From NCBI GenBank assembly GCA_977020255.1, contig CDROCS010003917.1:124001-188000 (forward strand): a stretch of 64,000 nucleotides of DNA. The letters are read 5' to 3'. The notes under the pieces were generated by a model. It worked only from the letters and a program-made list of their open reading frames with translations. It searched no databases and was not told the origin of the DNA. A program made the position numbers and the translations under genes. Below, piece by piece: positions 51,376 to 61,135 of the stretch (the stretch's first letter is position 1; the number at the start of each line of letters is the position of its first letter). This stretch comes from Obrimoposthia wandeli. Its lineage: Eukaryota.

Positions 51376-52118
51376 AAAAGTTACTTCCAAGGTGGATTAA
51401 TTACTCATTTATTGAGCTTTTTTAATAGTAGAACTTAATAAAACTTGTAATTGTGTTCATTAGTGTCCGGTTTAATTTTTGTTGTTCTTTAACTCATTGA
51501 TTTTACGTTAACGACAACTGTTATTTGGCTGAAAACTCGAGCTCACTAAAGTGATGGTTTTTAGAAAAATCACTGAAAATTGAGACACCTCGTTACAATT
51601 TGATTACCAAAGCCTGAACTGTTAGGTCTGATTACACTTTTTAACCGGACAGCTGCTAATTGTTTGTTGAATTGTGGCAAAATTAACAACCGATGCATTA
51701 TCTCTAAGGGGGTATTAGTTGTACCACAAAAGTTAGAAAAATTATGGGCGTATCTTACCTTTAGTCTAATGTGGATACCAAAGTTGTTTTGCAGGTAAGG
51801 TTAGAGATGCTGACTCATATAAATATAAATATAAATCAGCTTACAGCCAGCACATCATTAATAGTAATCCTATGTAAAGAGTAACTGTAGAACTAGCGTA
51901 TCCAAAATAAAACTAAAGGGCATGCAAGTATATGCAATCGCAGCGCTGGTAGTGATAAACATATTCATTGGGTACGCTAAATACACTAAACGAAATGAGC
52001 AATGATGAATAGAGCAATGATAAATAGATCAATGCATAGCTATTCTTTATTCATTTCAATGACCTCTAAAATTTCTGCTAAGTAAAGGGGAATAATAATT
52101 GTAAAGTTTGTATCTGGC

Positions 52119-52145
52119 CTGACCTGAAGTTTACAAATTTGTAAA
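52119..52145 (-). promoter_or_regulatory. Candidate OmpR-family binding site 2
   Basis: Contains the perfect 18-bp palindrome GTTTACAAATTTGTAAAC flanked by CTGACC/GGTCAG; matches site 1. Confidence 0.6.
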
Positions 52146-52338
52146 CAATTGGTCAGTCAGGCTTTTAAAGTACACAAATAGCTTAGAAGTAATTGAATTG
52201 GATGGGTTTTAAGCGAGGTTTATTAGAGCTGTGAATAAAAATAGAGTGAGTAGTAACTCAGCAGGCTCAATAAGATAGTGCTGTGTAGATATCGGTAACG
52301 GGATTTAAGGAGCCTCGGACCAGCTTCTATATTATTAG

Positions 52339-52761
52339 CTAAGCCATTGGCGGTTTACTACGTTTAGGCTCTTGGGCTTTGTAGTGTGGTAATTTATCGT
52401 TGAACAGGTGCCAATCCGCCTTAGATGTTACAAAGTTATGAGAGGCGGGGCGTTCTGTTATATAACTATCTAATATACCTAAACGCAACCGGAGTCGCAG
52501 CGGTTCTGAGTTGCTTTCACTGAATAGCGACGATGAGCAATGCCGACAAAAGTAGGCATTGCTGCCAGGCTTTGCACTATAGCTTTGGATATCACTTTTA
52601 CCTTGTACAAAACTAAGATGTTTTTTGAGCACAAAGCCGTTTGTTGCGTAAGCTGTACCACTAGATTTTCGACAGCGAGAGCAATGGCAGTGAATAATAT
52701 CAGTAATACTGCCATTAATCGTCAGTTTGATTTTGCCACAAAGGCAGCTGGCATTATACAT
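52339..52761 (-). CDS. GFA (CENP-V/glutathione-dependent formaldehyde-activating) family protein
   Basis: SCLCG, CHCSRCRK and FCRHCSS zinc motifs. Confidence 0.88.
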   Translation of the reverse strand: MYNASCLCGKIKLTINGSITDIIHCHCSRCRKSSGTAYATNGFVLKKHLSFVQGKSDIQSYSAKPGSNAYFCRHCSSSLFSESNSEPLRLRLRLGILDSYITERPASHNFVTSKADWHLFNDKLPHYKAQEPKRSKPPMA

Positions 52762-53518
52762 TTAATCTCCCAATATAAAGTTTGCAAGTCTGTGCAATGT
52801 TTAACAAATTGTTATGAGTAGCATGCTTATAAAACAATTCTTCGAGTGTCGTTGCTAGCTGACAATAGGCGCTACTTTGGTTTTGAGGGCAGTACGAGCA
52901 CGATTCTATACGGCCGAGTAATCCTGCTAAATCATAAGATTGAGAATTGTCGAAACAATATTCTTTCATGGTATTAGCTTGAAAGAAATTGCTAATCTCA
53001 GCTGTTGAAAGGTTGTTATGCTTTACTTTATTATAATCTACTGCGAATGTCTGCAAAGCTTGATCTAACTGCTGTTGGAAATTATCTGTTAAGTCAGCTT
53101 GATTCCAAATAAGTGCAAAATAGCCATCAGTTTTGAGTATTCTGCGAAATTCCTGCTTAGCTGTATCATTGCTAAACCAATGAAAAGATTGAGCAGCAAC
53201 AATTAAATCCAGAGATTTGCTAGTAAGTCCTGTATCTTCAGCCTTGTTATTCAGATAGGTAAAAAAGGGATAAATAGATAAATTTTCCTTCGCAGCCGCT
53301 AGCATATACCTGTTAGGTTCTATCGCAGTGACAGAAAAGTTATTTTCGAGCAATAATTGGGTGAAAATTCCGGTTCCAGCGCCTATGTCAGCAAGTTTCG
53401 ACGCAGGGCTCAAAGTAGTCGAGTTCTTTATTTGTTCAATTAATTGCTGTGGATAGCTGGGTCGGTATTTAATATAATTCGCCACTTTTCTAGAAAAGCG
53501 CTCTATGCTATCACTCAC
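52754..53518 (-). CDS. Class I SAM-dependent methyltransferase
   Basis: YRPSYP, ADIGAGTGIFT and AAQSFHWF motifs. Confidence 0.88.
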   Translation of the reverse strand: MSDSIERFSRKVANYIKYRPSYPQQLIEQIKNSTTLSPASKLADIGAGTGIFTQLLLENNFSVTAIEPNRYMLAAAKENLSIYPFFTYLNNKAEDTGLTSKSLDLIVAAQSFHWFSNDTAKQEFRRILKTDGYFALIWNQADLTDNFQQQLDQALQTFAVDYNKVKHNNLSTAEISNFFQANTMKEYCFDNSQSYDLAGLLGRIESCSYCPQNQSSAYCQLATTLEELFYKHATHNNLLNIAQTCKLYIGRLNV

Positions 53519-53727
53519 ATATCCCCCTTAAATTTCTGAAGCAGTTTTGAAAGTACTGCCGAGTAAATTGTATTATGAATAACAAAAACAGTAGATATCG
53601 CTAAAGAAGCGCAACGATGTATAGCTTAAGTGTAACATAAAGCCAGATTGCTGCATTTGGCAATCTGAATAAGTTATTAAAGGTACGTAGATAAAACTGT
53701 AAATGCATCTTGAGATAGGAAGGTGGT

Positions 53728-54201
53728 ATGAATTTAAAAATTAAAGTTGCAGGGCCCCAGTTTGATGATTGGGGAGCGTTGCTAGAGCTTTTGCATAGTG
53801 CGTTTGCTTATCAGAATTCACGAATAGACCCTCCATCTTCATTGCATTTGTTAAATACGAAGACACTTGCAGAGAAAGCGAAAGAACAAAAACTATATAT
53901 TGCGTTGAGCAATGACAAGTTAGTCGGATGTGTTTTTGCGAGGGAGCAACGAAGCTCTCTTTATATAGGGAAATTTGCAACATGTCCGTCACTTCAAGGA
54001 AAAGGTATAGGCAAACGTTTACTTAACACCGTTATCATAGATGCGAAAAGAAATGGCTTTAATAGATTAGAGCTACAGGTAAGAGTCGAATTGACAGAGA
54101 ACCAAGCTGTCTTTACCAAGCTTGGTTTCGTGCAAACAGCAACAACTATTCATCCAGGCTACAAATACGCAACTTCTGTGACAATGCAAAAAAGGATCTA
54201 G
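53728..54201 (+). CDS. GNAT-family N-acetyltransferase
   Basis: LQGKGIGKRL and ELTENQAVFTKLGF motifs. Confidence 0.85.
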   Translation: MNLKIKVAGPQFDDWGALLELLHSAFAYQNSRIDPPSSLHLLNTKTLAEKAKEQKLYIALSNDKLVGCVFAREQRSSLYIGKFATCPSLQGKGIGKRLLNTVIIDAKRNGFNRLELQVRVELTENQAVFTKLGFVQTATTIHPGYKYATSVTMQKRI

Positions 54202-54279
54202 TCATAATTAAAGGATATAGTTATTAAAGGTAGTAAAATAGCATAGGCCCATTAAAAGTAACTTATTTTACACAAAGGG

Positions 54280-54307
54280 TTGACGCCAGCTCCCGTATCT
54301 ATATAAT
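54280..54307 (+). promoter_or_regulatory. rRNA promoter P1
   Basis: TTGACG-N16-TATAAT followed by a GC-rich discriminator, with an AT-rich upstream region. Confidence 0.8.
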
Positions 54308-54476
54308 TCGCCTCCTCGCTAACGGGGCAACCCGAAAAACGAGACAATAACTAAACATTGAATGCTTTGTAAAGCATTGTTTTAAAATGATTAATTATTG
54401 TTATGGTTGAGTTTTAATCATCGTTTATAAGGTTTGTCTTCACTGAAAACAAACTTAAAAATAAACGAATAAATGA

Positions 54477-54504
54477 TTGACTTACCGAGCTGCGAATATA
54501 TAAT
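54477..54504 (+). promoter_or_regulatory. rRNA promoter P2
   Basis: TTGACT-N16-TATAAT. Confidence 0.8.
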
Positions 54505-54589
54505 ACGCACCTCACTTAAACGGAGTCGCAAACATCAGCGATTCAGTATTAAGAATTACTTTCAAGTAACGCTTAATTAAACGTTTATA

Positions 54590-54601
54590 CGCTCTTTAAA
54601 A
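54590..54601 (+). promoter_or_regulatory. Leader boxA antitermination site
   Basis: CGCTCTTTAAAA, against the consensus TGCTCTTTAACA. Confidence 0.75.
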
Positions 54602-54869
54602 ATTTGGTCAGATAATTCGTGTGGGCGCTTGTCGATATTAGCTACAAAAGCTTAATAGCATTGTAAGTAACTTAAATTTTTTGGAAACAGAAAGTTAACG
54701 TTGACTTGCTAATATCAAGACAAGCAACCACGTGAAATCATGCAAAATATTATATTTTAAAGGATGAATAAGTTTACTTGTTTATCTGAATGAAAGAACA
54801 CCTATTTATAGGTCAAAGGTTAGCAAATCTTGAGCCGTTTTTGCCTTCGGGTAGAAACACAAAATTCTT

Positions 54870-55116
54870 AAATTGAAGAGTTTGATCATGGCTCAGATTG
54901 AACGCTGGCGGCAGGCTTAACACATGCAAGTCGAGCGGAAACAGAGATAGCTTGCTATCAGATGTCGAGCGGCGGACGGGTGAGTAACGCGTAGGAATCT
55001 ACCTAGTAGTGGGGGATAGCCCAGAGAAATTTGGATTAATACCGCATACGCCCTAAGGGGGAAAGGAGGGGACTCATTTATGAGCCTTTCGCTATTAGAT
55101 GAGCCTGCGTAAGATT

Positions 55117-55153
<37 letters not shown>

Positions 55154-55166
55154 TCTTTAGCTGGTT

Positions 55167-55240
<74 letters not shown>

Positions 55241-55368
55241 CACAATGGGCGCAAGCCTGATGCAGCCATGCCGCGTGTGTGAAGAAGGCCTTCGGGTTGT
55301 AAAGCACTTTCAGCTGTGAGGAAAGGTTGTACATTAATACTGTGCAGCTGTGACGTTAACAGCAGAAG

Positions 55369-55424
<56 letters not shown>

Positions 55425-55425
55425 A

Positions 55426-55459
<34 letters not shown>

Positions 55460-55616
55460 TTATTTAAGTCAGATGTGAAAGCCCTGGGCTCAACCTAGGA
55501 ACTGCACCTGATACTGGATAACTAGAGTACAGAAGAGGGTGGTGGAATTTCCTGTGTAGCGGTGAAATGCGTAGATATAGGAAGGAACATCAGTGGCGAA
55601 GGCGGCCACCTGGTCT

Positions 55617-55692
<76 letters not shown>

Positions 55693-55787
55693 TCTACTAG
55701 CCGTTGGGGAGCTTGTCTCTTTAGTGGCGCAGCTAACGCATTAAGTAGACCGCCTGGGGAGTACGGTCGCAAGATTAAAACTCAAAT

Positions 55788-55856
<69 letters not shown>

Positions 55857-55914
55857 AACTCTTGACATCCAGAGAATTCGCTAGAGATAGCTTAGTGCCT
55901 TCGGGAACTTTGAG

Positions 55915-55946
<32 letters not shown>

Positions 55947-56238
55947 TGTGAAATGTTGGGTTAAGTCCCGTAACGAGCGCAACCCTTATCCTTATTTGCC
56001 AGCGGGTTATGCCGGGAACTCTAAGGAGACTGCCGGTGACAAACCGGAGGAAGGGGGGGATGCCGTCAAGTCATCATGGCCCCACGAGTTGGGCTACACA
56101 CGTGCTACAATGGCCGGTACAGAGGGCTGCAATCTCGCGAGAGGGAGCTAATCTCACAAAACCGGTCGTAGTCCGGATCGGAGTCTGCAACTCGACTCCG
56201 TGAAGTTGGAATCGCTAGTAATCGTGGATCAGAATGCC

Positions 56239-56292
<54 letters not shown>

Positions 56293-56421
56293 GATTGCAC
56301 CAGAAGTAGCTAGCTTAACCTGTACTTGTATAGGAGAGCGGTTACCACGGTGTGGTTCATGACTGGGGTGAAGTCGTAACAAGGTAGCCCTAGGGGAACC
56401 TGGGGCTGGATCACCTCCTTA
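54870..56421 (+). rRNA. rrs: 16S rRNA
   Basis: Runs from AAATTGAAGAGTTTGATCATGGCTCAG to GGATCACCTCCTTA, with universal segments such as GTGCCAGCAGCCGCGGTAA. Confidence 0.98.
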
Positions 56422-56569
56422 AACGATTAGCTTTTATCGGCAAGCGTTCACACGAATTATCTGACTTAAATTAATAGAGAAGCGAAAGACGTGAGTCTTA
56501 ACTCATTATTTAATTGTAATATTAATTAAATAATCGGTTAAAGCTTAGTCTTCGATAGTTTAACGACTA

Positions 56570-56613
56570 TTGGATTTAGATCTAACGCCTGTGGCGTTAT
56601 GTCTTAGATTTAA
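56570..56613. repeat. Hairpin repeat, copy in the 16S-23S spacer
   Basis: TTGGATTTAGATCTAACGCCTGTGGCGTTATGTCTTAGATTTAA; near-identical to 60037-60081. Confidence 0.8.
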
Positions 56614-56650
56614 TGCTTTATCTTGATTATTTGCTCCGCAAATAACAAGT

Positions 56651-56662
56651 CGCTCTTTAACA
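56651..56662 (+). promoter_or_regulatory. Spacer boxA antitermination site
   Basis: CGCTCTTTAACA in the 16S-23S spacer. Confidence 0.75.
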
Positions 56663-56952
56663 ATGTGGATTTGATGAAAAAAAGTCTTTAGGTTTTTTCT
56701 AATCAACTAAGTAGAATTTATTCTATTTATGAGACAAGAAAAGATCTTGTTTATGATGATGTACCGTCGAAAAGTACATCAACCAGTCATAAACGAAAAT
56801 TTGGATTAAATGATTATCACTGATCGTTTAATCCTATGTAGTTTAATCATACATGCCAAAAAATGATTAATGATGCTTACCCGCATTGTTAATCGGTGAT
56901 TTTATCGTTACGAGAAAACCAGTTTCTTGCACCAGACACCTTCGGGTTATAT

Positions 56953-57995
56953 GGTCAAGTGACTAAGCGTGCACGGTGGATGCCTAGGCAGTCAGAGGCG
57001 AAGAAAGACGTTGTAACCTGCGATAAGGTGAGGGGAGCTGGTAAACAAGCTTTGATCCTCACATTTCTGAATGGGGAAACCCACTCTATTTATAGAGTAT
57101 CCCATAGTGAATACATAGCTATGAGGAGGCGAACCCGGGGAACTGAAACATCTAAGTACCCGGAGGAAAAGAAATCAACCGAGATTCCCTAAGTAGCGGC
57201 GAGCGAACGGGGAGTAGCCCTTAAGCTAGATTGATGTTAGTGGAACAAGCTGGGAAGCTTGGCCGTAGTGGGTGATAGCCCCGTACACGAAAACATCTTT
57301 TTAGTGAAATCGAGTAGGACGGGACACGTGATATCCTGTCTGAATATGGGGGGACCATCCTCCAAGGCTAAATACTCCTGACTGACCGATAGTGAACCAG
57401 TACCGTGAGGGAAAGGCGAAAAGAACCCCTGTGAGGGGAGTGAAATAGATCCTGAAACCGTGTACGTACAAGCAGTGGGAGCGGTCCTTGAGACCGTGAC
57501 TGCGTACCTTTTGTATAATGGGTCAACGACTTAATTTCAGTAGCAAGCTTAACCGACTAGGGGAGGCGTAGGGAAACCGAGTCTTAATAGGGCGTATAGT
57601 TGCTGGGATTAGACCCGAAACCGAGCGATCTATCCATGGGCAGGTTGAAGGTTGAGTAACATCAACTGGAGGACCGAACCGACTACCGTTGAAAAGTTAG
57701 CGGATGACCTGTGGATCGGAGTGAAAGGCTAATCAAGCTCGGAGATAGCTGGTTCTCCTCGAAAGCTATTTAGGTAGCGCCTCGTGTCTCACCATTGGGG
57801 GTAGAGCACTGTTTCGGCTAGGGGGTCATCCCGACTTACCAACCCGATGCAAACTCCGAATACCAATGAGTGCAATCACGGGAGACACACGGCGGGTGCT
57901 AACGTCCGTCGTGGAAAGGGAAACAACCCAGACCGTCAGCTAAGGTCCCAAAGTTACAGTTAAGTGGGAAACGATGTGGGAAGGCTCAGACAGCT

Positions 57996-58047
<52 letters not shown>

Positions 58048-58830
58048 AGTCGAGTCGGCCTGCGCGGCAGATATAACGGGGCTCAAACTAGACACCGAAG
58101 CTACGGACGCATGCTTGCATGCGTGGTAGAGGAGCGTTCTGTAAGTGGATGAAGGTCAAGACGGGAGTCAGGCTGGACATATCAGAAGTGCGAATGTTGA
58201 CATAAGTAACGATAAGGGTGAAAAACCTCCCGCCGGAAGACCAAGGGTTCCTGTCCAACGCTATTCGAGGCAGGGTGAGTCGGCCCTTAAGGCGAGGCAG
58301 AGATCCGTAGTCGATGGGAAGCGGGTTAATATTCCCGCACATTTTATAACTGCGATGGAGAGACGGGAGCAGGCTAGGCGAGCGCGGCGATGGTTGTCCG
58401 TGTTTAAGCCCTTAGGCAGATATCTTGGTAAATCCGGGATGTCCACTTTAGTGTGAATGCTGAGAGGTGATGACGAGGTCCATACGGGATTGAAGTCGTT
58501 GATGCCATACTTCCAGGAAAATCTTCTAAGCTTCAGGTTATAAAGTACCGTACCCCAAACCGACACAGGTGGTCAGGTAGAGAATACTAAGGCGTATGAG
58601 AGAACTCGGGTGAAGGAACTAGGCAAAATGGTGCCGTAACTCGGGAGAAGGCACCCCACTGAGGGTGATGGGATTTACTTCCTAAGCTATCGGTGGTCGA
58701 AGATACCAGGTGGCTGCGACTGTTTATTAAAAACACAGCACTGTGCAAACTCGAAAGAGGACGTATACGGTGTGACGCCTGCCCGGTGCCGGAAGGTTAA
58801 TTGATGGGGTTAGCTTCGGCGAAGCTCTTG

Positions 58831-58924
<94 letters not shown>

Positions 58925-59333
58925 CGATGGCCACACTGTCTCCACCCGAGACTCAGTGAAATTGAAATCGCTGTGAAGATGCAGCGTCCCCGCGGCTAGA
59001 CGGAAAGACCCCGTGAACCTTTACTATAGCTTCACACTGGACTTTGACATTATTTGTGTAGGATAGCTGGGAGGCATTGAAGCGTTGACGCTAGTTGATG
59101 TGGAGCCAATCTTGAAATACCAGCCTGATAATGTTGAGGTTCTAACTCAGTTCCCTAAGCGGGATCGAGGACAGTGTGTGGTGGGTAGTTTGACTGGGGC
59201 GGTCTCCCTCCCAAAGAGTAACGGAGGAGCACGAAGGTACCCTCAGCATGGTCGGAAATCATGCAATGAGTGCAAGCGCATAAGGGTGCTTAACTGCGAG
59301 ACAGACACGTCGAGCAGGTACGAAAGTAGGTGC

Positions 59334-59407
<74 letters not shown>

Positions 59408-59433
59408 TCCTCCCAAGAGTTCACATCGACGGG

Positions 59434-59479
<46 letters not shown>

Positions 59480-59481
59480 CC

Positions 59482-59514
<33 letters not shown>

Positions 59515-59591
59515 TGGTACGCGAGCTGGGTTTAGAACGTCGTGAGACAGTTCGGTCCCTATCTGCCGTGGGCGTTTGAGATTTGAGAAGA

Positions 59592-59623
<32 letters not shown>

Positions 59624-59673
59624 GAACCTCTGGTGTTCGGGTTGTCACGCCAGTGGCATTGCCCGGTAGCTAC

Positions 59674-59716
<43 letters not shown>

Positions 59717-59851
59717 CCTTCAAGATGAGATCTCGCTGGGAACTAGATTCCCCTAAAGAGCCGTTTAAGACTAAGACGTTGATAGGTTGGGTGTGTAAGG
59801 GCTGTGAGGTCTTGAGCTAACCAATACTAATTGCTCGTGAGGCTTGACCAT
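56953..59851 (+). rRNA. rrl: 23S rRNA
   Basis: Runs from GGTCAAGTGACTAAGCG to GAGGCTTGACCAT; the sarcin-ricin loop AGTACGAGAGGACC and the peptidyl-transferase segments are present. Confidence 0.97.
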
Positions 59852-60036
59852 ATAACGCCAAAGGCGTTTGGAAGAGATTGGTAAAACGTAACAAGAAATA
59901 AGATAAAATCACTTAGTCACAACATCTTTTTGTTGAGACATGGTTGTTGATTTAACTACATAAAAGACTTAAGCTTATTCGAAGCTTTAGAAGACATCAA
60001 ATCCAGATTATAGAAAACAGCAGTTCTAACCAGCTG

Positions 60037-60081
60037 TTGGATTTAGACCTAACGCTTTGTAGCGTTACGTCTCAGATTTAA
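60037..60081. repeat. Hairpin repeat, copy in the 23S-5S spacer
   Basis: TTGGATTTAGACCTAACGCTTTGTAGCGTTACGTCTCAGATTTAA. Confidence 0.8.
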
Positions 60082-60125
60082 CCATAGTTTTTTTAACAAA
60101 AGAAAACCTTTAGAAGTACAGTTTA

Positions 60126-60248
60126 TGTTTGGCAACCATAGCTTGAGATGGACCCATTACCTGATCCCATCCCGAACTCAGAAGTGAAACGATTTAGCGC
60201 CGATGGTAGTGTGGGGTCTCCCCATGTGAGAGTAGGTCATTGCCAAGC
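60126..60248 (+). rRNA. rrf: 5S rRNA
   Basis: ACCTGATCCCATCCCGAACTCAGAAGTGAAAC..GCCGATGGTAGTGTGGGG..GTGAGAGTAGG; the ends TGTTTGGCAA and TTGCCAAGC pair. Confidence 0.95.
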
Positions 60249-60261
60249 TTTTATTCCGATG

Positions 60262-60295
60262 AATCCCAAGTACTGTAAAGTACTTGGGATTTTTT
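60262..60295 (+). terminator. rRNA operon intrinsic terminator
   Basis: 12-bp stem AATCCCAAGTAC/GTACTTGGGATT followed by a T run. Confidence 0.85.
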
Positions 60296-60342
60296 CGTTT
60301 GGGTGTAGATAAATAAATACGATAAGTTCTATTCGATTGATA

Positions 60343-60450
60343 GTTTCTAGAGACCATAAAAGATCTCATCTATTGTTTATTCAGTAGTGAATGGTTTAGC
60401 GCCGATGGCATTGTAGAATCGGCTCTAGGAATACTAGATCATAACTGAGT
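60343..60450 (+). pseudogene. Decayed second 5S rRNA copy
   Basis: ACCATA.., TCAGTAGTGAATGGTTTAGCGCCGATGG (versus TCAGAAGTGAAACGATTTAGCGCCGATGG in the 5S gene) and TAGATCAT (versus TAGGTCAT) occur in 5S order; the intervening parts are diverged. Confidence 0.6.
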
Positions 60451-60548
60451 TTTGAATCCGGTAAATTTCAAAGTTTAGATGCTTGGCATTATTTAGATCT
60501 AACAGAACACACTCAACAAGAAAAAGTCACCAAAGTTCGATGCTAATT

Positions 60549-61013
60549 TCAATCTTCAATCAATACGCTGGTAATATACTTGGTGCGGTTAATGGAAATC
60601 AGTGTCCTAAAGTTTTTCATGTTTGCATCAGAGTAGATAACGCGCTGGCAAAAATCCTCGTATGCTTGCATATCGGTTACTGTGACAACTAACACAAAAT
60701 CTATTTCTCCAGTCACTTTGTAACACTCTTTCACTTCCTTTGCGTTTTGCACTAATTTGATAAATTGACTATTTAATTCAGCTCGATCTCTCTCCATACG
60801 TACTTCCACAATCATATGTAAGCAAGGCCCTAGCTTTTCAGGGTTTAGTAGGGCTACTCTCGCACTAATAACACCTTCGCGCTCTAATCGCTTAACGCGT
60901 TTAAGACAAGCAGGTGGAGATAGTCCTATAAGCTGAGAGAGAGCTAGATTACTCATGGAAGCATCATCTTGTAATTGGCGTAAAATAGCTTTATCTAGCT
61001 TGTCGAGAAACAT
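60549..61013 (-). CDS. Lrp/AsnC-family transcriptional regulator
   Basis: LDKLDKAILRQLQ..GLSPPACLKRVKRLE and ECYKVTGEIDF motifs. Confidence 0.92.
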   Translation of the reverse strand: MFLDKLDKAILRQLQDDASMSNLALSQLIGLSPPACLKRVKRLEREGVISARVALLNPEKLGPCLHMIVEVRMERDRAELNSQFIKLVQNAKEVKECYKVTGEIDFVLVVTVTDMQAYEDFCQRVIYSDANMKNFRTLISINRTKYITSVLIED

Positions 61014-61135
61014 AATTAGTATTTCCGATTAAAAAAGAAATTAATATTAATATTTTGTTAGAACTAATGGAATTATTTCTTTGGCAATTCGCTATAATCT
61101 TTTCAATAATTTATGTAATAAGATAAGAGTCAGAT

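Noticed and set aside
56422-56952. tRNA-Ile, tRNA-Ala or tRNA-Glu in the 16S-23S spacer
   Set aside because: No cloverleaf, T-loop GTTCGA context or acceptor stem was found.
55119-60369. ORFs overlapping the rRNA genes and spacers
   Set aside because: They are chance frames within 16S, 23S and 5S sequence.
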